Shown here: piece after piece, positions 17,681-27,531 of the stretch
Layout of the letters: every line of letters starts with the position of its first letter
How positions within the stretch are numbered: the stretch's first letter is position 1
Virus record (IMG/VR): IMGVR_UViG_3300044730_000851
Span: 12,328-76,327 of that record
Reading direction: 5' to 3' (one strand)
Origin: a virus
DNA: 64,000 nt
Made by a program: the position numbers and the translations under genes
Notes under the pieces: model-generated
What the model was told of the DNA's origin: nothing
The model's database searches: none
What the model saw: only the letters and a program-made list of their open reading frames with translations

Positions 17681-19714
17681 CTAGTTCCCATAGGGGACGT
17701 ACTGTGACGTTCCCGGCACTTCATCGGACCAGAGCAACACTCGGGCCCTCACGTCCAAGGGCAGGTAGAAACTCAGGGTCTGACGCAGGCGGCTCAACTT
17801 CGACAGCCGGTTTGGGTACAGAGCCGAGTAGACGTGTGTTCCCTCCTCAACAGCCACCGCATCCTCATCTCCTGAGTCCGCGGTCGTGACATCGAAGTAG
17901 TACTGCTCTCGGTCCGTACGCTCCAGAATGACGTTGTCGATTGACGTCTCACCCTCGCCCGCGATTGTCACCCGAAGGGTTGCGGCGTTCTGTGGCGTCA
18001 GGAAGCGGGCCTGCACGCGCTCCCAGTCGCCGGAGCCGGTGTTGGACTGCGGAATGCCGACCTCAAGGATCGCCAGAGCGTCTTCAGAGGGAACTGGCAA
18101 CTCGATACGCGCACCCGTGCCATCGAAAAATGACACGTAGAGTGCGGCGGGTTCGCTCGACCTGATTTGGGCTGAGACGGTCAGAACCGAGTCAGCCAGC
18201 GCAGGAATAGATTCCGACTGCACGACAAAGGACTGTCCTGACGCCCGCAAACCCGACAGTCCGTTGTAGGCGCTTGCCTCATTGAGCGCAATGCTGCCGG
18301 TCGTGGCTGTCCACTGGTTCACACCGCCGAGTCCGGGAACAGTCAGCAGATTGACTCTGGTGGGATGACAGAGAACGTCTACGGTCCGGGGATCTCTGTA
18401 GTACGAGTCAGACGTGGCGACCTGAATCTTGTCGAGGTACACGACCTTTCCGACACCACCGCTCACCAACACGGACAGCGCCAGGAATGCCGCACCCGCA
18501 GGTGCCTGGAAACTAGAGGTCCGACGACTCCAGTTGGTTCCGATGTTTGCTGATGCGCTGAGTTGAAGCCCCTGTACAGGCGCTCCCGTGGTGTCGAACC
18601 ACTGAACTCCAATCCTCCCGGTCGTTCCAGACTGGGCGGCCTTCCAGTACATCGAGACGTGAACGTCTTCACTGGACGGTACGCAGTAGAGCCGAACCTG
18701 CGATCGCTGTGACGAGGACTCAGTTACCTGGTACGTACTACCCGGCAGACTCATGGTCGCGCTTGATGCAGTGAGTTCCAGACGACCCACGAACCCGTGC
18801 GCGAAACGGTCCAACTCCAGATCGTGCTCGCTATCAGGGACGTCGGCCTCGTCGCCGTCCAGTGATGCGGCCAGGGTCCCGCCGGAAACGTCCCAGAACC
18901 CAGTTCCCCCCTCAAAGGACGCATCCTGAAGCGACAGCAGGCGATTAGGACTGACCTCCACCGAGGTACTCCACCCGGTCAGGGCCTCGGCGTATGTGAT
19001 CAGACCCTCAAGCGTCCCCTTTTTGCGGTAGATGGGACCGGCATCACGGAACAGTCGGGACGTCGTACCCAGGCCAAGTGTGATTTCGACGGGCATGCCA
19101 ACAGATCGACAGTGCGCATCATGCAGTCCCGCAAGAGTGGCTCGCGAGCGAGCGGCTGTAGGCAGCACCCGATCGGTGAGGGTTTGGAGTTCGTCGAGGG
19201 TAACGGCCAACCCGTACAGGAATCGATACAGGTCGCTGGTCCTGCTGGGTTCATCCGTTGGGCTCATTGTGTCGGTCGTGAATACCCCAGGTAGCGTGTA
19301 GAGCATCGTCTCGACGGTCCCCCTATCTCGCGGGGCGACAACGTACGTGGCTGCGTCTTTGAGCCACCGACCGTTCTCGTCAAAGATGAAGAAGGTGTAA
19401 TAGACGGGACCGCTAGGTACCGGGACGTCGTTGATCTGAGCGCCGTCTGCCAGGTTTGTCTCACCGTCAAGTACGACTGTCTCGGGGGATTCAATGACGC
19501 CAGCAGCAATGGTGACGCCAGAAGAGGGTTCCTCGGCCGCACCTGTCTTGGTTCGTACCAACGCAAACTGCGTCCCGATACGGGACTCCGCGTAGATCTT
19601 GACGCGCACCAGTCCGTAGTCGATGGCCTGGGCGAGGAGGGAACCGGTGGCAGTCCCCCGCTGTACACGACCGTACAGTTCGGTTCCGTAGACGAATGTT
19701 CCAAAGCGTGCCAT
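17681..19714 (-). CDS. Baseplate wedge/tail protein (P2 gpI-like region plus carbohydrate-binding-like domains)
   Basis: LYRFLYG...IYRKKGTLEGL...ALTGW; two CBM-like repeats (DASFEGGTGFW; WERVQARF..P). Confidence 0.7.
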   Translation of the reverse strand: MARFGTFVYGTELYGRVQRGTATGSLLAQAIDYGLVRVKIYAESRIGTQFALVRTKTGAAEEPSSGVTIAAGVIESPETVVLDGETNLADGAQINDVPVPSGPVYYTFFIFDENGRWLKDAATYVVAPRDRGTVETMLYTLPGVFTTDTMSPTDEPSRTSDLYRFLYGLAVTLDELQTLTDRVLPTAARSRATLAGLHDAHCRSVGMPVEITLGLGTTSRLFRDAGPIYRKKGTLEGLITYAEALTGWSTSVEVSPNRLLSLQDASFEGGTGFWDVSGGTLAASLDGDEADVPDSEHDLELDRFAHGFVGRLELTASSATMSLPGSTYQVTESSSQRSQVRLYCVPSSEDVHVSMYWKAAQSGTTGRIGVQWFDTTGAPVQGLQLSASANIGTNWSRRTSSFQAPAGAAFLALSVLVSGGVGKVVYLDKIQVATSDSYYRDPRTVDVLCHPTRVNLLTVPGLGGVNQWTATTGSIALNEASAYNGLSGLRASGQSFVVQSESIPALADSVLTVSAQIRSSEPAALYVSFFDGTGARIELPVPSEDALAILEVGIPQSNTGSGDWERVQARFLTPQNAATLRVTIAGEGETSIDNVILERTDREQYYFDVTTADSGDEDAVAVEEGTHVYSALYPNRLSKLSRLRQTLSFYLPLDVRARVLLWSDEVPGTSQYVPYGN

Positions 19715-19723
19715 CTACTGCTC

Positions 19724-20608
19724 CTAGACCTGTTCCAGCATGAAGTCGTCCACGGTGCTGCCCTGTCCCGAGCCAGACGGCGTGACGATGATTCCCGCTC
19801 TCTTGGTCGGTGAATCGACAGTCGCAGTCGTGCTGGCCACTGACTGCGTCTTGGCGGTGTTCGAGAACGCAGTGGCCGTGACCGTGTTACCGGACACTAC
19901 CGCGCGCACTGCGGCAATAGCCGCTGACGCCTGAGCGCTGGCTACCGTTGTGACCGTCGTTGCCACTGACCTGAGGACTCGGATGAAGTTGGTCACCGTT
20001 GTGGTAGACCCGGTACACGTTTGGCAAGACTCGGAAGAGCATGTGTCGCAGACATCGTTGCCGCACAAGGATCGGCACACTTGGATGTACGTGGTGACAT
20101 ACTGCGAGCAGCACTCATCGCAGTACTCATCGCAAGCATCAGTGTTGGTTACTCCTGGAGGGCACACTCGGTAACAACATGATGCGTAGGCCACGCAGAT
20201 GAACTCAGGACTTAGGTAGCAGTCACAACCGTACGTGACATACCGGCAGTTGCAGGAAAAGTAGTTGGTGGTGCAGTTGCAGGAGAACGTAAACGACGTG
20301 GTCGTGCTGGTTTGCTGGGATGTGACTGCCCACCAGTTACTGCTGTCAGTCACCCAAAAGGCCACGCCCGCGCCATTGCTGACCGAGGCACTTAGCGACA
20401 CAGCAGTGTTGCGCGTGTCAACGACCGCCATTGGGTACAACGATGGGGCAGCGCTACTGGAAGCCGCATTTGAGACAACATCGAACTGAGCAGATCCGAG
20501 TGCTCTCCAGGGATCGCCGAGCGTATTGGCATTGGAACGGTTGAAGAGGTCGGTGAAGGTCAGGAAACCGCGTCGCACCGCGTTGGCGACGGATGCAGTG
20601 GACAGCAT
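19724..20608 (-). CDS. Putative fibre-tip/receptor-binding protein: beta-sandwich with a 20-Cys insert
   Basis: FTDLFNRSN...GVAFWVTDSSNWW and AGIIV...VDDF flank the Cys-rich segment; start MLSTAS coupled to the upstream stop (TAATG). Confidence 0.65.
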   Translation of the reverse strand: MLSTASVANAVRRGFLTFTDLFNRSNANTLGDPWRALGSAQFDVVSNAASSSAAPSLYPMAVVDTRNTAVSLSASVSNGAGVAFWVTDSSNWWAVTSQQTSTTTSFTFSCNCTTNYFSCNCRYVTYGCDCYLSPEFICVAYASCCYRVCPPGVTNTDACDEYCDECCSQYVTTYIQVCRSLCGNDVCDTCSSESCQTCTGSTTTVTNFIRVLRSVATTVTTVASAQASAAIAAVRAVVSGNTVTATAFSNTAKTQSVASTTATVDSPTKRAGIIVTPSGSGQGSTVDDFMLEQV

Positions 20609-21258
20609 TAGATTTCCGTCGTGTCCCCGAAGAGGACCCACTCGTCGGTTGACACTTTGATGAGTCCTGCCACGGCATACTGAGCCCTTGTCTTTGCACC
20701 TGACGGTGCCCGCAGGATCACGCCACTTGCGCCAGCCACAGTGACCTGACCCGCGCCTGTCTGCACGATGTCCACTCGCGTACCCACCGGAAGACTCAGT
20801 GAAGCGTTGGTGGGGAGGGTGATCGTGATCGCCGCTGCCGCCGCGCAGAGGACTGTTGTACCCGTCAACTCAGCGGCAAGCGTGAACGACGCTGTGCGGC
20901 TGGTAGTTGAGTTGGCTGGGTAGCGCCCACTGAATGACGCCGCAGTTACTGCGGCCGAGAAGGTGGCGCTGGTTCCTTCCAGCGCTCCCGTGAGAGTTCC
21001 TCCGGAGGTGTTGAACTTGGAGACGGCATGACTGGCAAGACCAGCCTCAATGTTGGTGAGCCGCGCAGTCAAGGTTAGGTGTGACGTCGGCTGGCCAAAC
21101 GCCCCACTCCAGGTAGACACAAGGAGACCGGTGCCCAGAGCCCGCTCGACGGCGGTGACTTCGTCCTGGAGAAGGTTGACGTGGTCTGCGAGTACGGTGT
21201 CCACAAGGTCCGTCTTGGACGCGTAGACACGTACGGAGTTGGGGAACAGCGCTGGCAT
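20608..21258 (-). CDS. Short fibre/adaptor protein
   Basis: ADHVNLLQDEV..VE N-terminus; C-terminal domain (PVGTRVDIVQTGAGQVT...RAQY...WVLFGD) homologous to the end of 41536..45213. Confidence 0.7.
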   Translation of the reverse strand: MPALFPNSVRVYASKTDLVDTVLADHVNLLQDEVTAVERALGTGLLVSTWSGAFGQPTSHLTLTARLTNIEAGLASHAVSKFNTSGGTLTGALEGTSATFSAAVTAASFSGRYPANSTTSRTASFTLAAELTGTTVLCAAAAAITITLPTNASLSLPVGTRVDIVQTGAGQVTVAGASGVILRAPSGAKTRAQYAVAGLIKVSTDEWVLFGDTTEI

Positions 21259-21287
21259 GAAGACCTCCTCGACCTATTGTCTGGGGC

Positions 21288-21521
21288 TCAGGAGTCCGCG
21301 TCAGCCGTAAAGGCGCCCTCCTGGAAAATCCACCCAGCGGCCAATTCAGGGGACTCGTCGGTGATCTCCACAATGCTGCTGGCTACAAGGATCGACCCGA
21401 AGTCTTCGGATACCCATGCGGTGTCGGCTACCCGATCACCTATGACAAAGGCGAACCGGCGCGATAACAGTGGCACAGGTGCCGCTCGCGCCTGCTTGCG
21501 ACGCTTCCTAAACAGCCTCAT
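21288..21521 (-). CDS. Small protein, possible fibre-assembly factor
   Basis: FAFVIGDRV...GWIFQEGAF; resembles 21757..21996. Confidence 0.55.
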   Translation of the reverse strand: MRLFRKRRKQARAAPVPLLSRRFAFVIGDRVADTAWVSEDFGSILVASSIVEITDESPELAAGWIFQEGAFTADADS

Positions 21522-21732
21522 CGGTTCCCCACTTACCTATGGGGCATGCGGCGTTCGGCAAAGTCGTCTTGGCTGGCATGAAGCACCCACACTTCTTGCA
21601 GGTTTTGATTTGATGCTGGAAGTGTGGGCAGGACAGGCACTGAGCCATACGTCCATCTTTGACTTCTCGGGAGACCTTACCAACGTGTGGGTTCAGAAGA
21701 TCCCAAGGCCTAGCGGGCTTGAGGGGTTCCAT
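21508..21732 (-). CDS. DUF6171-like Cys-rich small protein
   Basis: RMAQCLSCPHF...CKKCGCFMPAKT....AACPIGKW. Confidence 0.8.
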   Translation of the reverse strand: MEPLKPARPWDLLNPHVGKVSREVKDGRMAQCLSCPHFQHQIKTCKKCGCFMPAKTTLPNAACPIGKWGTDEAV

Positions 21733-21756
21733 TTGCTGTCGCCATCTTTTGAGGGT

Positions 21757-21996
21757 CTACTCCGCCGCGGGAGGTGTGAATCCGTCTCCGTCGTAGGTGC
21801 TGCCCTTGGGAATAATCACGGTGTTGGAGATCTGGACGAACGTCGGATTGCTGGCGAACACGGCGGCAGTGCCTGCGTCCACATTGAATCGTTGTACAGC
21901 GACACCCTCCACCACGGCCATGAATGCGTAGGGAGGAACATTTTCGGTGGTCTGGGTGGTGTCGAGATCGGGGATCTCGGGCATGTCAGCGGACAC
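21757..21996 (-). CDS. Small protein, possible fibre-assembly factor
   Basis: RBS AAGGAGG; AVFASNPTFV...GSTYDGDGF; promoter motif at 22032-22059. Confidence 0.6.
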   Translation of the reverse strand: MSADMPEIPDLDTTQTTENVPPYAFMAVVEGVAVQRFNVDAGTAAVFASNPTFVQISNTVIIPKGSTYDGDGFTPPAAE

Positions 21997-22072
21997 GCGT
22001 CCTCCTTGTGGCCGATAGAAGTGCTGTCACGATCGTCTCAAGTTCGGGGTTCGTAGTCAGCGCAAACGGTGT

Positions 22073-22441
22073 CTAGTGGGAGTGGCCGACGTTCGCCTTT
22101 CCGGACTGCAGCGCCGCGACCGCTACCTGAAGGGCCTGGATGGCCGCTTCGGCAGACTTGAGCCGGAAGAGGAGGTCTTTGGGGGATCCGAGGTCTGTGT
22201 TGCCTTCTCGGTACGTGCCTGTAGTCGATATCTTGCCCAGCCATACAGGGAAGTCCGTATCTCCGGACTCATATGTGATCCAGACCTGCTCCCCGGGCTT
22301 CGGGAGCACCAGATAGCCGCACGGAACGACCGGCCAGCACCAACCGGTTACGGCCTTCCCGGTCTTGGTGGGAATTCTTACCCGGAGCCGTCCCAACTTG
22401 TCTGGGTCGCGGTTGTCGTGGACGATGGCCCGCTCCAGCAT
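22073..22441 (-). CDS. Baseplate spike (gp5/gpV OB-fold)
   Basis: DPDKLGRLRVRIP...PKPGEQVWITYESGDTDFPVWLG; ends in HSH. Confidence 0.85.
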   Translation of the reverse strand: MLERAIVHDNRDPDKLGRLRVRIPTKTGKAVTGWCWPVVPCGYLVLPKPGEQVWITYESGDTDFPVWLGKISTTGTYREGNTDLGSPKDLLFRLKSAEAAIQALQVAVAALQSGKANVGHSH

Positions 22442-24000
22442 TACGAGACGCCGCCCGTCAGGTTGATCACCAGGTTGCTGTCCGAGACCACCAAGATCTC
22501 GTCCTCCGCGGCCACTACGACGCTGACCTCTCCCGTGGCGGCTTGGATGGTGGTCAGCCTGGTCACCTGGACATCCGAGGCAACCGAACCCAGGGAGGAG
22601 ATCAGGCTGACCAGGTCCGAGGGGTAGACGCTGGCACCGAACGGGACCCGGTCGTAGGCCATTCGGGACAGGATTGTCTGCCGGATGAGGATATTAGCGT
22701 CCGACCGTCGAACGCTGTCCTCGACGACGACATCAAGGCTGATGTATGTGTCGACGTACACGGGAGGTACGACGGAGATCTGCGCACCCGCCAGCGATAC
22801 CGACTCCAGTGCAGACTGCACAGAAGTCTGTAGGTACGTCAGTTCAGTGGTAGCGGTCCAGTCCGTGCCTTCGAGCACGTACCCCGGCCTCAGTTCAATG
22901 TTGCCAAGTCCTCGGTAGGGTGCCACCGCCACCACAACAGTTGCCGGGGTCACCGACATCGCACTGGCCTTACCGCACCCGGGAACCAGAAGTGCCGAGT
23001 TCTGGTAGTCCTCCAAGGTAACGGCGCGCGCCGTGGCTCGGTATGTGAGTGCTGCGTTGTTGCGGATCTGCTCGGTGGACTCTTGATCCGTGCCACCGTA
23101 GGCCGCTGTGTCGTTGAATACCGTCAGGCTTCCTGCCAGGACAGCGACCTCACTATCGAGCAGACCCGGAATGGCGTCGATTCTGTTGATCTTTCCTGAT
23201 CGGATGTTCCCGAGTGTCCCGTCCGTACGCCGGTACCGCGCAGATAGAGAGTGCCCGAAGGCCGGGATGAGCCCACTGACGCCATCTCCAAGGCGGATCT
23301 GAACGGTACCGTCACCGACAGCCACCGGCTGAAAGACGCGCGCCTGCGGGCCGTGAAGTGCGAACTGATCGGTGCGGACCCACGGTATGTAATTGACGAG
23401 GTCATAGACGTAGACCTCTAGGGACTCCAGAACCAGGCGGTCGTCCTCAATGATGAATACCTGGCTGGGGGTACCGTCGGAGGTTCCCAGGTGAAGGCCA
23501 AATCCGAATGTGCCGTCGTCGATGACTCCCTGAGTCGCCGTGACCGCAGCAATTTCCCCGGAGAGCACCTCGACGTCGTCATCGGTTTCGAATGCGACTG
23601 TGATCAGGTTGTCACCGTCAAGGATGTCCCCACTAACGACAGTTCTCGCCGGAAGTTCGATGTCGACGTCCGACTCATTGGAGAACGTCACGGTCACCGA
23701 ACTGGACGTATACCCATCAGGAACGTAACCGAGGTCGCGCGCGAGGGCCACCACGCTGTCTCGACGCGTGGCGGTCGACAGCGTCGACTCGTTGGCCGCC
23801 CGGTCGATGTAATACGACAGAAGATCACCGAGGTACGCAAACTGCTCGACGAGTGCGACTCCAAAGTCAGCGGGGTCGTCGGCCGCCCAGTCAGGTATCT
23901 GCTGTTGCAGGCGCGCGATCAGATCGGTCCGGATGGACTCGTAGTCCCTGGATGTGTAGTCCACCTGAGGAGGGATAGATTCGGGGTAAGACGCGCTCAC
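22441..24000 (-). CDS. Baseplate J-like wedge protein
   Basis: VDYTSRDYESIR, DFGVALVE, FAYLGDLLSYY, GGTDQES, RAVTLEDY. Confidence 0.9.
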   Translation of the reverse strand: MSASYPESIPPQVDYTSRDYESIRTDLIARLQQQIPDWAADDPADFGVALVEQFAYLGDLLSYYIDRAANESTLSTATRRDSVVALARDLGYVPDGYTSSSVTVTFSNESDVDIELPARTVVSGDILDGDNLITVAFETDDDVEVLSGEIAAVTATQGVIDDGTFGFGLHLGTSDGTPSQVFIIEDDRLVLESLEVYVYDLVNYIPWVRTDQFALHGPQARVFQPVAVGDGTVQIRLGDGVSGLIPAFGHSLSARYRRTDGTLGNIRSGKINRIDAIPGLLDSEVAVLAGSLTVFNDTAAYGGTDQESTEQIRNNAALTYRATARAVTLEDYQNSALLVPGCGKASAMSVTPATVVVAVAPYRGLGNIELRPGYVLEGTDWTATTELTYLQTSVQSALESVSLAGAQISVVPPVYVDTYISLDVVVEDSVRRSDANILIRQTILSRMAYDRVPFGASVYPSDLVSLISSLGSVASDVQVTRLTTIQAATGEVSVVVAAEDEILVVSDSNLVINLTGGVS

Positions 24001-24380
24001 AGGTCCTCCCCGGGGATCTCCAGCACCAGAGTCTGCGGTGCACGGGCAGTCGAAACTCGCGTGTCGCGGTACGTGATCTCGATCTCGACGGTCCCGGACT
24101 CGGGGTCTTCCGTGAGAACGTCGAGCGCCTCGAAGGCTAGGCCGGGTAGTTCTTGGGCGAACGCGTTCACGGTGGCCGTCTCGATGTCATCGATCGCCTC
24201 ATCGCAGGCATCGAAGAGTGTGGCCGCGATCGTTGTCCCGAAGGTCGGCCGCATTAAGCGCTCACCGAGCGACGTCAGAAGCACTGAGCGTACGCGATTC
24301 TGGTTGATCCGGTCGAGGTCTGTGGTGGACGCCACTCGACCGTATCCGTCTATACGGAACGGGAGGCTAATCGCGCGCAT
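23997..24380 (-). CDS. gp25/GPW-like baseplate protein
   Basis: ISLPF...LLTSLGERLMRPTFG. Confidence 0.9.
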   Translation of the reverse strand: MRAISLPFRIDGYGRVASTTDLDRINQNRVRSVLLTSLGERLMRPTFGTTIAATLFDACDEAIDDIETATVNAFAQELPGLAFEALDVLTEDPESGTVEIEITYRDTRVSTARAPQTLVLEIPGEDL

Positions 24381-24416
24381 GGGGTCATTCTCCTGTGCTC
24401 GGGGGAGTGGGGAGGG

Positions 24417-25667
24417 TCATACTGCGACCCACCTGAAGGCATTGACGAGGTCGGAAGTCTTCCCCTCCACGGGGATCGTTTGATTGCGCTTCAACTGCGC
24501 TGATCGCTCGCGCCCAAGCCTGGACCGGCCGCCTCTGTCTGTGGGCAGAGGGATCGTCCGTAGGTCCTGAGGCCTTCCTTCCGAAGAATCTGAGAGGCTG
24601 TCCGTGGCGACGACACAGGTGCACGTATAGGTCGACGCTTCCCCAACGGGGAATTCGTGAACGACCGACTTGGTGACCCACCAACCTGAAGTCATGGTGT
24701 TCTGGAGGTCCAGGTAGACGGGGGCGTACGGCTTCAGTAATGGAGTTCCGGCGCACACCAGATTCGCGTCTAGGGCCAGGAGTCCGTTCTCGGCCACTCC
24801 CTGGGCCAACTTCTTGGCCTCCATTCGAGTGTGGGCTACCTTTCCTTTGACCGTCCGCACGTTTCGCGATGTCACCTTGCGCCGCCTCTTGGTCGCTGAC
24901 CCGGGCTTGGCGGACTCCACGGATTCGGCAGCCCCAACCGGGCTCAGCGAGTAGGCGGTGGCGGGATCCCCTGTGTAGAGACCGTTCTCGTTGGCGAGTC
25001 CGGCGGCCATCGTGAACGAGTCGACGCCCACGGTGTGCTTGAGGGCCCTGGCGTCTAGCCCCCCAAGACTCATCGCCGTGGCCACGGGTGCCGCGTTGTA
25101 GCCAGCCTCAACCAGGGTCGATATTGGGGCGCAATAGAGGTTGACACCGTCTACCCAAAGTCCGTACCCGAGGGGACCAGTCAACTTTAGGAGGAATTCC
25201 CAGTACGACTCACCGTTCATGGTGGTGGTTGGTCTGCGAAATGAACCTGGCTCCACAATTGGGTTCAGTCTGAACTGCTTAGCGACGTCGACCACGATGT
25301 CCGACACTGACTTGTTGATCCAGGTCCTTTGGGCCGTCAGCCGGAGCGCTTTGGACGCCCCTGCGACGATGAGGTCGAAGTCGTAGTAGGAGTCCCGCTT
25401 CATGTGCGGCCGCACGTAGGAGACGTACCCGAAGAACTTACCGCGGGGACTGAATTGTGAGGACCATTCGATCTCCACCGGAGTCCCCGGGGCCAGTGTG
25501 GACTTCCAGTTGACTAGACGGGAGCGAAATCGGACAGTCGCCAGGTCGTGCATTCGGGCAGACTGCTCAATACGAAGACCCCTTGCCGTGAGCGCACCGC
25601 TATCGAAGGCCGCTTCCGGCAGAGTCACCCGAAACCGACCACGTTCGGTCAGGCCGCGTGTCTTCAC
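24417..25667 (-). CDS. Baseplate hub protein (gp27/gpD-like)
   Basis: FFGYV, SVSDIV..VA, ESYWEFLLKL...GY, GWWVTKSVVH; GTG start overlaps the upstream stop. Confidence 0.75.
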   Translation of the reverse strand: MKTRGLTERGRFRVTLPEAAFDSGALTARGLRIEQSARMHDLATVRFRSRLVNWKSTLAPGTPVEIEWSSQFSPRGKFFGYVSYVRPHMKRDSYYDFDLIVAGASKALRLTAQRTWINKSVSDIVVDVAKQFRLNPIVEPGSFRRPTTTMNGESYWEFLLKLTGPLGYGLWVDGVNLYCAPISTLVEAGYNAAPVATAMSLGGLDARALKHTVGVDSFTMAAGLANENGLYTGDPATAYSLSPVGAAESVESAKPGSATKRRRKVTSRNVRTVKGKVAHTRMEAKKLAQGVAENGLLALDANLVCAGTPLLKPYAPVYLDLQNTMTSGWWVTKSVVHEFPVGEASTYTCTCVVATDSLSDSSEGRPQDLRTIPLPTDRGGRSRLGRERSAQLKRNQTIPVEGKTSDLVNAFRWVAV

Positions 25668-25942
25668 GGTAGATCCAGCCTGATACCGGGACGAAGGTCC
25701 AGTGGGTTGAGCACACTCCCATTGGTATCGAGCACGCGCCACCAGTTGCTCGGATCTCCGTACTCGCGCGCACCTAGGAGATCCAGCCTGTCACCAGCCC
25801 TCCAGTTGTAGCGTCGAGTGGGGATGTCCTGGTCGCTGAGGGCGTCCACCGGGCGCATTACTGAAAGCGTGCTGTTGGATCTACGCCTCGTCACGACGGG
25901 AAAAACCTCAGCGTCCTCGTATCGGCTGCCGACTACGATCAT
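25664..25942 (-). CDS. LysM-like baseplate protein (gpX-like)
   Basis: GDRLDLLGAREYGDPSNWWRVLDTN...LRPGIRL. Confidence 0.85.
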   Translation of the reverse strand: MIVVGSRYEDAEVFPVVTRRRSNSTLSVMRPVDALSDQDIPTRRYNWRAGDRLDLLGAREYGDPSNWWRVLDTNGSVLNPLDLRPGIRLDLP

Positions 25943-25946
25943 AAGT

Positions 25947-27479
25947 TCACCCGTTTCCTGATTGTGAGTACTGAACCGAGTCCGGCATGCGCGTGAAGGT
26001 AATGCTGACGGTCGTGAACATCGGGACCATGTCCTGCGTGAACGCGTTGTGCGTGTATTGCAGACCTGTCAGTCGACCGGTGTACCGCATGCCGCCGCCA
26101 AGGCTCAACATCATTGGGAGTCCGACAACCACTCCTAGGTCGGCTGTGGCCCCGCGCAGTTGGGTTACCCAGGGCCGACCAAGAGCAGTTCTGAACAGGA
26201 ACTCCAAGTCATAGCCCGTACCTCGCTTAAGAATTCCCTGCAGATCTTCCTGCGGTAGTTCCCGACCCGCGTAGAGGCTTCTCCACGATTTGACCGTATT
26301 GCTCCCGGTCTTCTTCAGCAGAGACATGTCCTCGATTCGGTTGAGGTACAGGTTGAAACTGACAGACGCGCCTTCCGCGGCCACTGGGTACGCTTTATCC
26401 TTACCGGATAGCAGTAGTGCCGGGTCGAGCCCCTCGACAGGCATAGTTCCGAAACCAATTTCCGACGGGTTGTAGTGGAATCTGAATCCGTACTCAATTT
26501 TGGGGTCAAGTACTGAGGCGTCGGCATCCCAAGAGTCTGTCTTCTTGGGCTTGCCCTTCTTGTCGTACTGGGTCGTTACGGAACCGGTCCCTCCGGTGAT
26601 CTTCCACTCGTTCTCGTTGATGATGTACTGACGGATGAGTCCTTTACGCATACGTCGCTGCCAGATGGTCCCGCTACCTAGAATGTCATTGCGACTAGTG
26701 GGTTCCGTGGGATCAAAGGCCCCATCCACGCTCACTCCAACGTACGCACCGGTTGCCGTGCTGATGAGTGGCGGGTTGGTGCGCAACTTGCGCTTCTTTG
26801 GCGGGCTGAATCCAACGTCCTTGTCTTCCTCTGTGGTCTCGTCATCCGTGGTCGACGTACCGTCTGGAGTCGTCTGGGCACCGCCTCCTGTGGAGGGGTT
26901 GTTGTCGTACCCAAACGGGTTGGTGGTGGGGAACGGGGTAGCCCCGCCAGGGCCTCTCCCAGGAGTTCCACTACCCGTGCCTCCACCAACACCCGTCCAG
27001 CCGAAGTCCTGAGGGGACACACCCCCGTTGGGTGACGTTCCTACGGGGTATCCGCTCCCTCTGATAGGCAAAGCGCGGGGGAGGCTGACGCCCAATGCCG
27101 GGATTTTAGTTCCTGCCGGTATTGACTGAGTAGGCGTTGGTGGGCCAGCGGGCGTCGGGATTTCTCTGGCATCGCCAACGGCCCCCCAACCGTTAGTTCC
27201 CGGCGGGGCCATCGGGCCGGGGCTACTCCACCGGACTTCCCGGTAAAAGTACCTGAACTCGTACTGCCATCCACCCGCAGCATCTTTGAGGTAGACGTCA
27301 TAGAAGATCTCGTACCAGATGCCCCAGGAGGGAATTGTACCCGTTTGTGGCAGCGTCACCTGCAAACGAAGCCCTGGTGCCACCTTTCCTGTCGGTCCGC
27401 TGGAGGCAAATCCAATACGAACACCTGTGGCTACGCGTCCTGATCCACCCGCGTCGCCCGTCTTGGGGTAACTGCTCAC
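25947..27479 (-). CDS. Tube-initiator-like baseplate protein
   Basis: YGFRFHYNPSEI...FTQDMVPMFTTVSITF; located between tape measure and LysM gene. Confidence 0.65.
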   Translation of the reverse strand: MSSYPKTGDAGGSGRVATGVRIGFASSGPTGKVAPGLRLQVTLPQTGTIPSWGIWYEIFYDVYLKDAAGGWQYEFRYFYREVRWSSPGPMAPPGTNGWGAVGDAREIPTPAGPPTPTQSIPAGTKIPALGVSLPRALPIRGSGYPVGTSPNGGVSPQDFGWTGVGGGTGSGTPGRGPGGATPFPTTNPFGYDNNPSTGGGAQTTPDGTSTTDDETTEEDKDVGFSPPKKRKLRTNPPLISTATGAYVGVSVDGAFDPTEPTSRNDILGSGTIWQRRMRKGLIRQYIINENEWKITGGTGSVTTQYDKKGKPKKTDSWDADASVLDPKIEYGFRFHYNPSEIGFGTMPVEGLDPALLLSGKDKAYPVAAEGASVSFNLYLNRIEDMSLLKKTGSNTVKSWRSLYAGRELPQEDLQGILKRGTGYDLEFLFRTALGRPWVTQLRGATADLGVVVGLPMMLSLGGGMRYTGRLTGLQYTHNAFTQDMVPMFTTVSITFTRMPDSVQYSQSGNG

Positions 27480-27531
27480 GTCATCCCCCGTCGGCGTGGT
27501 CGACTATTGACTCTAAAACTTGTCATATCGA

